A stretch of DNA of 64,000 nucleotides, from positions 384,001-448,000 of the forward strand of contig CAWBMV010000006.1 of assembly GCA_963789955.1 (NCBI GenBank). Direction: 5' to 3'. The notes beneath the pieces were generated by a model. It had not been told where the DNA came from and searched no databases. It was given only the letters and a program-made list of their open reading frames with translations. Of the stretch, positions 10,761-21,837 are shown piece by piece. This stretch comes from an uncultured Candidatus Rokubacteria bacterium (lineage in GTDB: Bacteria > Methylomirabilota > Methylomirabilia > Rokubacteriales > CSP1-6). The number at the start of each line of letters is the position of its first letter. Positions within the stretch are counted from its first letter, which is position 1. A program made the position numbers and the translations under genes.

Positions 10761-11585
10761 ATGACCGACCAGCCGCTTCGCCACGAGACGTACACGCACG
10801 GCCACGCACCGGCGACCTTACGCCAGCACGCTCAGCGGACCGCCGACGAGGCCGCGGCGTTCCTCCTGCCGCATCTCCGCCCGGGTATGCGGCTTCTCGA
10901 CGTGGGCTGCGGGCCTGGAAGCATCACGCGGGGACTCGCGGAACGGCTCGCCCCTGGTCAGGTCGTGGGCGTCGACCTCTCCAAAGACGCCCTCGACGGC
11001 GCGCGGCGTGATGCGGCCGTTCGAGGGCTGACGAATCTCCACTACCAGGAGGGCAGCGTCTATCAGCTGCCGTTCCCCGATGCGTCGTTCGACGCCGTCT
11101 ACGCCCACCAGGTGCTGCAGCACCTGCGCGAGCGTGAATCAGCGGTGCGCGAGATGCTCCGGGTGGTGCGGCCCGGAGGCCTCGTCGCGGTGCGCGACGT
11201 CGACTGGGGCACGGCGGCCTACTGGCCGCGGGATCCGTGGATCGATCGGTTCATCGAAGTCCATCACCAGGCGTGGTATCGCAATGGCGGCGAGCCGCAG
11301 ATGGGACGTCAGCTTCGAGCGCTCTTCAACGCGGCCGAGGTCGTCGATCTCGAGATCTCCGCGGCCGTGTGGTGTTACGCCACGCCCGACGAGACCGCCG
11401 CGTGGGGCGAGGCCTACGCGGACCGCCTGCTCACCTCGCCCATGGGCGAGCGCCCGGTCGAATATGGGTTTGCGACACGCGCCGAGATCGAGTCGATGGC
11501 CGCGGCGTTCAGGGCGTGGGGCTCGCATCCAGACGCGACGTGGATGTTCATCCACATCGCCGCGCTGGGCCGCAAGGCGGCCTGA
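10761..11585 (+). CDS. class I SAM-dependent methyltransferase
   Basis: LLDVGCGPG, LPFPDASFDAV, RVVRPGG. Confidence 0.9.
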   Translation: MTDQPLRHETYTHGHAPATLRQHAQRTADEAAAFLLPHLRPGMRLLDVGCGPGSITRGLAERLAPGQVVGVDLSKDALDGARRDAAVRGLTNLHYQEGSVYQLPFPDASFDAVYAHQVLQHLRERESAVREMLRVVRPGGLVAVRDVDWGTAAYWPRDPWIDRFIEVHHQAWYRNGGEPQMGRQLRALFNAAEVVDLEISAAVWCYATPDETAAWGEAYADRLLTSPMGERPVEYGFATRAEIESMAAAFRAWGSHPDATWMFIHIAALGRKAA

Positions 11586-11587
11586 GA

Positions 11588-11953
11588 CTAGATCTCGGGC
11601 CGCTTGCCGTGTGACACGCGGACTTCGGTCTTGATGCCGCCGCGAACGTTGAAGTCGCCGGTGACCTCGAGCCAGCGCGGGTTCGCGACCGCCACGAAGT
11701 CGTTCACGATGCGGTTCGTCACGTCCTCGTGAAACGCGCCTTCCTGTCGGAATGACCAGAGATAGAGCTTCAGCGACTTCAGCTCCACCAGGTGCTGGTC
11801 CGGCACGTACCGGATGCGGATCGTGGCGAAGTCCGGCTGTCCGGTCTTGGGACAGAGGCAGGTGAACTCCGGCACCGTCATCGTGACTTCGTAGTCACGG
11901 TCGGGATGCGGGTTCGGCACGATCTCGAGCGTCTTCGACGGAACCGACGGCAT
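11588..11953 (-). CDS. queF: NADPH-dependent preQ0 reductase (type I)
   Basis: [32 protein letters not shown]. Confidence 0.95.
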   Translation of the reverse strand: MPSVPSKTLEIVPNPHPDRDYEVTMTVPEFTCLCPKTGQPDFATIRIRYVPDQHLVELKSLKLYLWSFRQEGAFHEDVTNRIVNDFVAVANPRWLEVTGDFNVRGGIKTEVRVSHGKRPEI

Positions 11954-11965
11954 GGCGTGATTATA

Positions 11966-12805
11966 TCAGCGGCTCGTCAGGCCGATCCCAACCGCGACCG
12001 CCGCGCACGCGATCAGAAGATCAGGCGTGATCGGATCACCGGCGACCAGCGCCGCCGCGATCACGCCGAAGATCGGCTGGGTGAGAAAGAACGCGGACAG
12101 CGCGCTCGGCCGATACCGGCGCAGCAGCGACAGATTCACCACGAAGTTGAATCCCGAGATCAGCACGCCCTGATAGGCGATCGACCCGGCCAGCCGCAGT
12201 CCCCAGCGGGTCGGCGCCGGCTCCACCAGGAACGAGACCACGACGAAGAGCGCGGTCCCGACGATCGCCTGGGTCAGGAGGAGCTTCACCGGGTCGAGCC
12301 GCTGAACCGCACGCGCCAGGTAGATGGTCCGCTCGGCCAGGAGCACGCCGGCGATCGTCACGACCACGTCGCCCAGCAAGGTGGGCGAGCCGTGCGCGAT
12401 CTGGCGGGCGCCGAGCATGACGATGCCCGAATAGGCGACGAGCACCCCGGCGAGCTTCCGCACCGTGAGCCGATCGCCCGGGATCAGGAAGTGGGCGAGG
12501 ACGACCGTGTGGACGGCGTAGAGGTTGAGGAGGATCGACGCGTGCGCCGCGCTGGTGAGCCAGGTCCCGACGTTCGTCGCCGCCATCTGGACGCTGAACA
12601 GGAGCCCCAGCACGACGAGCGGACGCCACTCGGCGGGCTCGACCCGAAAGCCGGCGAAGCGGCCGGTGGCCCAGGCCCAGAGGCAGATCACGGCGCCGCC
12701 GACGACGAATCGCATACACGCCAGGCGGAGCGGCGGGGCCTCCTCGAGGCCCATCTTGATGATGACGGTATTCGCGCCCCAGAGGATCGAGATGAGCACG
12801 GCCAT
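11966..12805 (-). CDS. EamA/DMT transporter (true start may be slightly upstream)
   Basis: About 10 TM helices, LWG..IK and QPIFG motifs. Confidence 0.85.
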   Translation of the reverse strand: MAVLISILWGANTVIIKMGLEEAPPLRLACMRFVVGGAVICLWAWATGRFAGFRVEPAEWRPLVVLGLLFSVQMAATNVGTWLTSAAHASILLNLYAVHTVVLAHFLIPGDRLTVRKLAGVLVAYSGIVMLGARQIAHGSPTLLGDVVVTIAGVLLAERTIYLARAVQRLDPVKLLLTQAIVGTALFVVVSFLVEPAPTRWGLRLAGSIAYQGVLISGFNFVVNLSLLRRYRPSALSAFFLTQPIFGVIAAALVAGDPITPDLLIACAAVAVGIGLTSR

Positions 12806-12888
12806 GGCCGCGCCCTTGAGGTCGATGTCTTTCGCCGGGTGGCTCAGCAGAACGCTCTCGAGGATACGACACCTGGCATAATCGCCCC

Positions 12889-13968
<1,080 letters not shown>

Positions 13969-13977
13969 GGTCAGTCG

Positions 13978-14481
13978 ATGATGGACTGGCGCTCGGTGAG
14001 CTTCGGCGTGACCACCGCGCTGGCGATGTTCGCGCGCTGGCTCTACCGGGGACAGCGCCCCAACGCCTTGGCCCGCTCGATCAATCGCGTGGCGGCCGCC
14101 GTCTTCGCGCGCGGGGTCGCGCCGGACTATCTCGTCACCCTGGACGTGACCGGGCGTCGTTCGGGGCGGACGATTTCTTTGCCGCTCGTGATGGCGGTCC
14201 TCGACCGGCAGCGCTACCTCGTGTCGCATCTCGGTACCGACGTCGCCTGGGTTCGCAATGTGAAGGCCACCGCGGGCCGCGCGGTCCTGCGTCACGGTCG
14301 TACCGAGCACGTTCAGCTGGAAGAGTTCGCGATCGAGAAGCGGGCGCCGGTGCTGAAGGCCCACTTGCGGCGCGTGCCCGGGGCCAGGCCGCACATCCCG
14401 GTCGACAAGGATGCTCCGCTCGAAGAGTTCGAGGCGATCGCGGCGCAGATTCCCGTCTTTCGGGTTCTTCCCGCCGGCTGA
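13978..14481 (+). CDS. deazaflavin(F420)-dependent nitroreductase family protein
   Basis: VTGRRSGR, AWVRNVKA and IPVFRV split-barrel motifs. Confidence 0.65.
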   Translation: MMDWRSVSFGVTTALAMFARWLYRGQRPNALARSINRVAAAVFARGVAPDYLVTLDVTGRRSGRTISLPLVMAVLDRQRYLVSHLGTDVAWVRNVKATAGRAVLRHGRTEHVQLEEFAIEKRAPVLKAHLRRVPGARPHIPVDKDAPLEEFEAIAAQIPVFRVLPAG

Positions 14482-14504
14482 CGTCGCCGCCGTCTGCGAA
14501 CGAC

Positions 14505-15527
14505 CTAGGCCGTGATCCCCGGAATCTTCTTCAGCGGCCCGCCGAGCGTCTGCACGACCGCGGCGACGGTGGCGTCGGGAGTGTTCATCGGGAGCACGCA
14601 TCCCGGCGCGACGATCAGCCCGATGCCGTCGGTCTGAGCGACCGCGTCGCGCGTTTCGCTGACTGCCTGCTCCGCCGTTCCGTCCCGCAACGTCTTCCAC
14701 TGGTGGAGACCGCCGATGACGGCACCCGGCACCTTGGCGCGCGCGTCCCGCAGGGATGGCGGCGTCGCGCGGTCGTCCCAGTTCCAGGCGTGCCCCGGGA
14801 GACTGGCCAGCCGGTCGAACATCAGCTCGTTGCCGTGACAATGGATGATCGTCAGAGTCGACTTCGACTCGATCGACTCGAGGAACCGACGGTCGTAGGG
14901 CTCGCCGAACCGCGCGTAGTCCTCCTCGGAGTTGGCGGAGCGGCTGGCCGCCTGGATCGAGTAGAAGATGCCGGAGACGCCCTCCGTGAGGGCGAGCTCG
15001 GCGAATTTGATGAGCGTCTCGGTGATCGCCTCGAGCGCGCCCGTGACCGCGTCGGGATGATCCCGCAGGTCGCGCGGGAGCCGGTCGCCCGAGAGCTTCT
15101 TCGCGAGCGACAGTGGAGAGAAGAGGGTCGGCACGACCGGCGCGTCGCCGATCCGGCGATCGAAGCCCAGGCGGATGATCGTCTCGATCTCTTCGGCGTA
15201 CCCGGGCGCGGCGCCGGGATCGAGGACGCGGATCTTCTTCCAGTCCTCCGGCGCGCGGACCGCGCAGCCGGCGCACGGGCGGTGGCCGTCCTCGCGGACC
15301 GTGTCGCCCTCCACGCAGCCCCACGCCTCGACGGCGTAGCCGCCGCGCGGCGTGATCTTGAGGAAGTCCGAGCCGTAGTGCTCGTGGAATCGTAGGGTCG
15401 CCTGGGCCAGGCCCGCGGGCGAGTGATCGACGCTCGGGAAGTGGCGCCACACCGCGTAGGGGACCCGGTCGACGGGCTGGCGGTTGACCGCGGCGAGCAC
15501 GCGCTCGCGTCGACTCATCTGCTTCAT
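14505..15527 (-). CDS. uroporphyrinogen decarboxylase/MT2 methyltransferase superfamily protein
   Basis: RERV..VDRVP N-terminus, IIHCHG, IVAPGC; lacks the HemE RQAGR motif. Confidence 0.75.
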   Translation of the reverse strand: MKQMSRRERVLAAVNRQPVDRVPYAVWRHFPSVDHSPAGLAQATLRFHEHYGSDFLKITPRGGYAVEAWGCVEGDTVREDGHRPCAGCAVRAPEDWKKIRVLDPGAAPGYAEEIETIIRLGFDRRIGDAPVVPTLFSPLSLAKKLSGDRLPRDLRDHPDAVTGALEAITETLIKFAELALTEGVSGIFYSIQAASRSANSEEDYARFGEPYDRRFLESIESKSTLTIIHCHGNELMFDRLASLPGHAWNWDDRATPPSLRDARAKVPGAVIGGLHQWKTLRDGTAEQAVSETRDAVAQTDGIGLIVAPGCVLPMNTPDATVAAVVQTLGGPLKKIPGITA

Positions 15528-16394
15528 GCTCGTAGCACTCCGTCGCTCAGCACCGGCTCCCCGCGCCCGTCGACCGCGTCGAACGCGAGCAGGTCGCCCG
15601 CCCGTCCGCGGCCGCGCACCGTGAAGGTCGATGGCATGAACACCAAGCCGGTGAAGCGCACCGAGATCTCCTTGACGCGCGCCGGGTCGCCGCCGAGGTC
15701 TTGCTCGATCACCCGCGACACCGCCAGCGCGAGCGTCGCCGAGCCGTGAAGGATCGGCGCGGTGAGCCCGGCCGATCGGGCGACGGCGATGTCGGTATGG
15801 ATCGGATTCCAGATGCGCGCGCATTCCGAGTAGATGTGTGCCGCTCGGGCCCCGACCGGGACCTCCGCGGTCCAGCGCGTTTCGGTGGAAGCCGGCGGCG
15901 ACGGACGGGCGAGCGGCTCGACCGGCGCGCGGGCTTCGCGCTCGGTCGTGATCCCGCGATAGACCGAGCCGTAGTCGGTCGTCGTCACCGGCCGCCCGTT
16001 CCGGTCCACGGTGGACAAGCCGCGCGACGACGAGCGTGCCGGCGCGGCTCGGCCGCACCAGGATGATCTGCGCGCGCGTCAGCAGACGATCCGCGGTCGA
16101 GGGCAGCCGGTGGATGAGCACGTGATGGGTCGAGTGGACGCCCAGGAGCGCCCACGATTCCTTCACGGCCTTCGAGCGCAGCGCCAGCACGGCCGGCCAC
16201 TCGTAGCAGACCGAGAAGAGCGGGTGGGCCACCGGACCTTCCTCGGCCAAGGTGTCGTAGTAGCGTGGATCGTCCACCCCGAGCGCCGCGGAGTACGCCA
16301 TCATCCAGCGCGCGTCGAGCGAGGTACTCAGCGCGCCGACCTCGGTCCCGGCGACCGTGCCCGGGATCGCGCGAACGCCTTCCCGCCTCGTCAT
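15524..16394 (-). CDS. double hot-dog MaoC-family dehydratase (frameshift near 16020)
   Basis: N-terminal AHPLF and C-terminal WNPIHTD..PILHG. Confidence 0.75.
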
Positions 16395-18274
16395 CGTGCC
16401 CGCGGGAAGTTCATGCAGTCCACGAAGATCTCCTCGAAGTCCGGGTGAGCCGCGAGCGAGACGTGCTCGATCCGTCCCGCGACCGCCTCGGCGCGCGCGC
16501 GCTCCGTCTCGGACACGAGGCAGAGCTGCGCCCCGAGTGAGGCGGCGTTGCCCACGTAGCGGATTCGCTCGCGAGGCAGCGGAGGGATCAGCCCGATCCT
16601 GAGCGCGCTCTCGATCGACACGTAGTTGCCGAAGCCGCCGGCCAGCATCAGCTCGGCGACCGTTTCGGACGGGACGCCGGCGACGTGCTGCAGCATCGTG
16701 ACGCCCGAGGCGATCGCGCCCTTCGCCAGCTGCACCTGGCGCACGTCGTCCTGGGTGAGCACGATCTCTTGTCGCGCGCCGGCTTCGCCGGGCCGGAGCA
16801 CGATGACCTGACGCTCCTCGCCCCGCATCACGATCCGCTCGCCGAGCTTCGGCGGCAGCGAATCGCGGGCATCGACCTGGATCAAGCCGGTCCAGTCGAT
16901 GACACCGCCGTCGAGCAGGCCCGCCAGCAGATCGATGATCCCGGAGCCGCAGATGCCGAGCGCGTCCGCCTCGCCGATGGTGTGGACGTGGATGTCGTCA
17001 TCGACCGTGACCCGATCGATGGCGCCGAGGGCGCCGCGCATGCCGTGGCGGATCTGGGCGCCCTCGAGCGCCGGTCCCGCGGGCGCCGAGCAGGCCCAGA
17101 GCCGCTCGCGCGAGCCCAGCAACACCTCGCCGTTGGTGCCGATGTCGACGGCGATGCGGATCTCGGCGCTCTCGTAGATGCGCGTCGCGAGGGCGACGCC
17201 GACGGCATCGGCGCCGACGAAACCGGCGACGAGCGGCAGCAGACACACGCGCGCCTCCGGCGCCACCTTCAGGAAGAGCTCGCGCGCGGACAGGGTCACC
17301 GCGTGGCGCATCACCGGCGCATAGGGCGCGAGGCCCACGTGCGAGGGATCGATGCCGAGCAGGATGTGGTGCATGCACGTGTTGCCGACGACGACGACCT
17401 TGTAGATCCACTTGGCGAGCACGCCGGAGTCGCGGCAGATCTGCGCGATGTGCTGGTTCAGGAGGCCGACGATCCGCGTGTGGAGCTTCCGCAGATTGCC
17501 GGGATTGAACTGCGCGAAGGCGATGCGCGACATGAGGTCGCCGCCGAAGACCGCCTGCGGATTCAGGCTGGAGACCGACCCGAGCTGCTCGCCCGACTCG
17601 AGCTCGACCAGGGTGGTCACGACGCTCGTCGTGCCGATGTCGATCGCGAGGCCGAACTTCATCGCCGCGGTGTCGCCGCGCTCGACCGAAAGGATCCGCT
17701 GCCGTCCGCCACCCGCCGCGAACGTCGTCACCGTCACGCCCGCCGGATCGTCGCGGAGCGCGGACGGCAACCCCTGGAGCACGGCCGGGCCGACGTCGGC
17801 CGTGGTGAGGCCGACCGCTTCGAGAAGCTGCTCGAGGTCGGAGGTCTGGTGATGCTCTTCGCGCGGCAGGGTGACCTTGACCACCTGCTTGGCGATCCCC
17901 GAATCGAGCGTGACCCGGCCGAGCTCCCGCACGCCCGGCCCGGCGCCGAGGATCTGGAACGCGCGCTCGTCGAGCGGCGGCGCCGGCTGGACGGTGACGG
18001 CTTCGTGGAGCACGCACTGGCAGGCGAGGCGATAGCCCTCGCGGACCAGATCGTCGCCGAGCTGGACCTCGTCCATGATCGTCGGCGGCGGCGGCAGACC
18101 CACCAGGAACTTCACGCGACAGGACGTGCACCGTCCGCGCCCGCCGCAGGTGGCGGTGATATCGACGCCGCCCGCGTGCGCCGCCTTGAGAATCGTGGTG
18201 CCCGGCGCGACCGTCAGCGTCCGGCGCGACGCGGGATCGCGCGGATCGGCGACGAGCGTGAGCGGGACGGCCAT
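16391..18274 (-). CDS. [2Fe-2S]-ASKHA reductive activator of corrinoid proteins (RACo/DUF4445)
   Basis: CGGRGRCTSC..RLAC, IDIGTT, GFVGAD, DIGTNGE, AGPALEG, GICGSG, LAGGFG. Confidence 0.9.
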   Translation of the reverse strand: MAVPLTLVADPRDPASRRTLTVAPGTTILKAAHAGGVDITATCGGRGRCTSCRVKFLVGLPPPPTIMDEVQLGDDLVREGYRLACQCVLHEAVTVQPAPPLDERAFQILGAGPGVRELGRVTLDSGIAKQVVKVTLPREEHHQTSDLEQLLEAVGLTTADVGPAVLQGLPSALRDDPAGVTVTTFAAGGGRQRILSVERGDTAAMKFGLAIDIGTTSVVTTLVELESGEQLGSVSSLNPQAVFGGDLMSRIAFAQFNPGNLRKLHTRIVGLLNQHIAQICRDSGVLAKWIYKVVVVGNTCMHHILLGIDPSHVGLAPYAPVMRHAVTLSARELFLKVAPEARVCLLPLVAGFVGADAVGVALATRIYESAEIRIAVDIGTNGEVLLGSRERLWACSAPAGPALEGAQIRHGMRGALGAIDRVTVDDDIHVHTIGEADALGICGSGIIDLLAGLLDGGVIDWTGLIQVDARDSLPPKLGERIVMRGEERQVIVLRPGEAGARQEIVLTQDDVRQVQLAKGAIASGVTMLQHVAGVPSETVAELMLAGGFGNYVSIESALRIGLIPPLPRERIRYVGNAASLGAQLCLVSETERARAEAVAGRIEHVSLAAHPDFEEIFVDCMNFPRAR

Positions 18275-18305
18275 GGCTCCACATTCTAGTGGTATGCTCG
18301 CGCGC

Positions 18306-18482
18306 ATGGAAATAAGCGTGGAGTCGCTGAGGCGGACGGCCGCCCTCAGTGGGTTCGCCTGGACCGATGCCGAGCTCGAGGCCATCCGTCCCGCGGTCCA
18401 GCGCCTCCTCGAGTCCCTGGAGCAGATGGAGCAGCTGCCGCTCGGCGCCGTCGAGCCGACGACCCAATACCGGGTGCTCTGA
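18306..18482 (+). CDS. small GatC/AtzG-like amidase partner protein
   Basis: 58-aa helical protein ending ..VEPTTQY directly before an amidase. Confidence 0.6.
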   Translation: MEISVESLRRTAALSGFAWTDAELEAIRPAVQRLLESLEQMEQLPLGAVEPTTQYRVL

Positions 18483-18483
18483 G

Positions 18484-19899
18484 GTGAACGATCTTCACTG
18501 GGCGTCCATGGCCGACCTCGGCCGGCTGATCGCGACCAAGCAGGTCTCGCCCGTCGAGGTCGTACGCGCTCATCTCGATCGCATCGCCGCCGTCGACTCG
18601 AAGCTTCGCGCGTTCATCACGGTCTGCGCGGATTCGGCGCTCGAGTCGGCGCGCGCGGCCGAGGCCGATCTCATGGCCGGGCGGGTCGTCGGACGGCTCC
18701 ACGGCGTGCCGTGGGCGCCGAAGGACCTCTACTCGACGCGCGGTGTCCGGACGACCGGCGGCTCGAAGATCCTCGCCGACTCGGTGCCGAGCGAAGACTC
18801 GACGGTCGTGGCGCGGCTGGCGCGCGCCGGCGCCATCCTGCTCGGCAAGCTGAACATGCACGAGTTCGCGTACGGGCCCGAGGGCCTCAACGCGCACTAC
18901 GGCGACGCGCGCAATCCGTGGAGCGCCGACGCCCACCGAATCACGGGGGGCTCGTCCTCGGGGTCCGGAGCCGCGGTCGCCGCCGGGCTCGCGCCCGGAT
19001 CACTCGGCTCCGACACCGGCGGCTCGATCCGGATCCCGGCTTCGCTCTGCGGCATCACCGGACTCAAGCCGACCTACGGCCGCGTGAGTCGCGCCGGCGT
19101 GCTGCCGCTCGCGTGGTCGATGGACCATGTGGGCCCGATGACGCGCTCCGCCCGGGACTGCGCGCTGATGCTGAGCGTGATCGCGGGCTACGATCCGGCC
19201 GACCCGACCACGAGCGTGCTGCCCGTGCCCGACTACGGCGCGGCGCTCACCGGCGACGTGAAGGGGCTCCGGGTGGGGCTGCTGCGCGCGCACTTCACCG
19301 ACCCCGCGGCCGCCGACGTGCGCGCGGCCGTGGAAGCGAGCGCGAAGCAGCTCGAGCAGGCCGGCGCGGTCGTGGACGAGGTCAATCTGACCCAGGTGAT
19401 CCACGTCGCGACCGGCTCCGCGGCGATCGTGGCGTCGGAGGCGCTCGCGTATCACGCGCCGTGGATGCGCTCGCGGCCGCAGGACTACCAGCCCGACGTG
19501 CGCGAGCGCCTCCGGCTGGGCGCCTTCGTCAACGGGGCGCACTACGTCCGCGCCCAGCAGATTCGCGCCCTGGTCACTCGCGAGGTCGACGAGGCGCTCG
19601 CCCGCCGCGATGTGCTGCTGGCGCCGGCGACACCGCTCGTCGCGCCGGTGCTCGGCGAGCGCGAGGCGGCGCTCGGCGACGGCCCGTCGGACGTGCGCGC
19701 GGCGTTGCTGCGCTGCACGCGCCCGTTCAACTTCTCCGGCCACCCCGCGTGCGCGGCGCCGTGCGGGTTCACCGCGGGGGGCCTGCCCATTGGTTTGCAG
19801 ATCGTGGGCCGTCCGTTCGACGAGGCGACGGTGCTTCGCGTCGTCGACGCCTATCAGCGCATGACCGACTGGCATACTCGCCGCCCGCCGGCCGCGTGA
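18484..19899 (+). CDS. amidase signature family enzyme
   Basis: [31 protein letters not shown]. Confidence 0.9.
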   Translation: MNDLHWASMADLGRLIATKQVSPVEVVRAHLDRIAAVDSKLRAFITVCADSALESARAAEADLMAGRVVGRLHGVPWAPKDLYSTRGVRTTGGSKILADSVPSEDSTVVARLARAGAILLGKLNMHEFAYGPEGLNAHYGDARNPWSADAHRITGGSSSGSGAAVAAGLAPGSLGSDTGGSIRIPASLCGITGLKPTYGRVSRAGVLPLAWSMDHVGPMTRSARDCALMLSVIAGYDPADPTTSVLPVPDYGAALTGDVKGLRVGLLRAHFTDPAAADVRAAVEASAKQLEQAGAVVDEVNLTQVIHVATGSAAIVASEALAYHAPWMRSRPQDYQPDVRERLRLGAFVNGAHYVRAQQIRALVTREVDEALARRDVLLAPATPLVAPVLGEREAALGDGPSDVRAALLRCTRPFNFSGHPACAAPCGFTAGGLPIGLQIVGRPFDEATVLRVVDAYQRMTDWHTRRPPAA

Positions 19900-19924
19900 G
19901 CGGCTTCGGGCCTCGGAGGATTGG

Positions 19925-20338
19925 ATGAGCGACGCGAACGTGGACGCGCGGCTGGCCGCGCTCGAGTCCAGGCTCGGACGCCTCGAACAGCTTCTGGCGA
20001 CCGTGAACGACAAGCTCGATCGGGCCGCGCCGGGTGTCGACGAGGCGCGTCGCGGGATCCAGGCCTGGGTGACCGAGTACGTGTCGCTGCGCCTGCAGCA
20101 GCTGGTCCCCGAGACGTGCGAGCATCCCGAGCGCGAGGCCGACGAGGCGCTCGTCGCCGAGGGACCCGTGCTGCCCGGCACCCGCATCCGCTGCACGGAC
20201 GAGGTCATCCATCGGCTCGGCCGGATTCCGATTCCGTTCGTGCGGCAGATGGTGGCCGAGAAGGTCGCCGAGACCGCGCGCGCCGAGAAGGTCGGCGTGG
20301 TCGACGTACCCTTCTTCGAGCGCGCCGCCACCTTCTGA
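19925..20338 (+). CDS. hypothetical protein, coiled coil plus C-terminal PCP_red-like domain
   Basis: CTDEVIHRLGRIPIPFVRQMVAEKVAETARAEKV resembles the PCP_red pattern W(T)xEA..L..IP.FVR. Confidence 0.55.
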   Translation: MSDANVDARLAALESRLGRLEQLLATVNDKLDRAAPGVDEARRGIQAWVTEYVSLRLQQLVPETCEHPEREADEALVAEGPVLPGTRIRCTDEVIHRLGRIPIPFVRQMVAEKVAETARAEKVGVVDVPFFERAATF

Positions 20339-20340
20339 CA

Positions 20341-20694
20341 GTGCAAGCTGTCGGGGGAGGATCTCCTGACGTTCGACCACTGGAAGGAGCACGTGCTCGG
20401 AGGACCGCGGCTGTAGAGGACGAGCCTGTCCGCATCCCGATCGAGGATGCGCTGGATCTTCATGCCTTCGCGCCACGCGACGTGGCTTCGGTCGTCGCCG
20501 AGTACCTTGACGCCGCGCACGCCAAGGGGTTTGCCGAGGTTCGGCTGATCCACGGTCGCGGGATCGGCGTCCAGCGGAAGATCGTGCAGGGCGTGCTCGC
20601 GCGGCATCCCCTCGTCGCGGGCTACGCCGACGCGCCGCCCGAGCGCGGGGGCGCGGGCGCGACGATCGTTCGCCTCAAGCCTCGCGCGCGCTGA
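20341..20694 (+). CDS. Smr/MutS2 domain protein (start uncertain)
   Basis: LDLH, LIHGRGIG, GGAGATIV. Confidence 0.85.
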   Translation: MQAVGGGSPDVRPLEGARARRTAAVEDEPVRIPIEDALDLHAFAPRDVASVVAEYLDAAHAKGFAEVRLIHGRGIGVQRKIVQGVLARHPLVAGYADAPPERGGAGATIVRLKPRAR

Positions 20695-20714
20695 TCGCTC
20701 GCTCGGCGGAGCGC

Positions 20715-21491
20715 TCAGTCTCGGTCGGCGCGAATCAGGATCTGGCGGTCGTTGAAGGACACGACGGCGTCCCCCGCGAGCCGAAACTCGAAGGCGGCCC
20801 GGCAGCGCTCGGGTGCCCGGCGCACGAAGTCCTCGAGATCGCGCCGCGCCTCGGCCGACATGCGCATCCGGCCGGTCCACTCGTTCCATTCGCGGAGCTT
20901 CCAGATGAGCGAGTCCTCGATGACGGTCAGGCCCGCCGCGCGCAGGAACGCTTTCCACTGCGCGGCCCGGTAGCTGCGCACGTGAGACGGATCGCGGCGC
21001 TTCTCGACCTCGAGAATGAACGCGTTGGCGTCCGCGTCGTCGTGGCCGAGGATGTCCTGCAGCAACAACGAGCCGCCCGGCCGAAGGACGCGGTGGATCT
21101 GACGGACCGCGGCCGCGACGTCGGCGAAATGATGCGCCGCCGTCCGGCAGGTGACGACGTCGAAGGACTCGTCCCGGAAGGGGAGCGCGTCGGCATCCCC
21201 CGCGACGAACTCGATGTTGGCCGCGTTGCGCGTTCGCGCGTGCGTGCGCGCCGCTGTCAGCATCGGCTCGGTGAGGTCGTAGGCGACGACGCGGCGCACG
21301 ATGCCCGCGAAGGCGAGCGCGGTGTGACCGCCGCCGGTCGCGACGTCGAGCACCCGATCGGCACGGCGCGCGGCGCCCCAGGCCAGCAGCCGGTCGAGAT
21401 CTTCGCCGGCCGCGTGCAGGGGACTCGTCACGTACGCCGCCGCGCTGGCGCCGAACTGCGCCTGGACGCGACGCGCCTGCTCCTCGCTCAT
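20715..21491 (-). CDS. class I SAM-dependent methyltransferase
   Basis: VLDVATGGGHT, LPFRDESFDVVTCR, RDPSHVR. Confidence 0.9.
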   Translation of the reverse strand: MSEEQARRVQAQFGASAAAYVTSPLHAAGEDLDRLLAWGAARRADRVLDVATGGGHTALAFAGIVRRVVAYDLTEPMLTAARTHARTRNAANIEFVAGDADALPFRDESFDVVTCRTAAHHFADVAAAVRQIHRVLRPGGSLLLQDILGHDDADANAFILEVEKRRDPSHVRSYRAAQWKAFLRAAGLTVIEDSLIWKLREWNEWTGRMRMSAEARRDLEDFVRRAPERCRAAFEFRLAGDAVVSFNDRQILIRADRD

Positions 21492-21667
21492 GTCTTCGGC
21501 GTTCGCTCCGCGAGGTGACGGAACAGGAAGTCGCTGTCGAGCGGGGAGAGATCGAAGCGCCGCGACGCTTCGTCGACGAGCTTCACCCGGTTCACCCCGG
21601 GATTGTCGTGGAGCTGCTCCTCGATCCACTTCACGGCCTGCTTGATCGGCGCTTCGCCTGCCGCCAT
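21488..21667 (-). CDS. small hypothetical protein (59 aa)
   Basis: GAGGGG RBS, typical codon usage, ATGA coupling to the methyltransferase. Confidence 0.6.
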   Translation of the reverse strand: MAAGEAPIKQAVKWIEEQLHDNPGVNRVKLVDEASRRFDLSPLDSDFLFRHLAERTPKT

Positions 21668-21761
21668 GCCATCCCCCTCGTTCGAGGCTCGTCCGCCGTG
21701 CGCGCCCGCGTCGTGGGCCATTGTACTCGGGCCCCGGCCGCAGGGTTTCGCCGGCCGGAAA

Positions 21762-21818
21762 TGGCCTGACGGAATCAGGCCAATTGGCCCTTGACCAAAA
21801 CTTGGATCGGGCCAAAAT
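21762..21818 (+). promoter_or_regulatory. pdxR promoter with inverted and direct repeats (candidate PdxR sites)
   Basis: TGGCCTGA-N5-TCAGGCCA (21762-21782), GGCCAATTGGCC (21778-21789), TTGACC (21791), CCAAAA twice. Confidence 0.5.
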
Positions 21819-21837
21819 GGCTTGGCGGACGGGGACC

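Noticed and set aside
14505..15527. Calling this gene hemE
   Set aside because: Lacks the RQAGR motif and sits with RACo, not with the hem cluster
14505..16394. 629-aa MaoC-UroD fusion
   Set aside because: Frameshift near 16020; the MaoC C-terminal half is in another frame and ends at an ATGA overlap
18306..19899. Calling these genes gatC/gatA
   Set aside because: No gatB; small subunit too short; the amidase lacks GatA-specific segments
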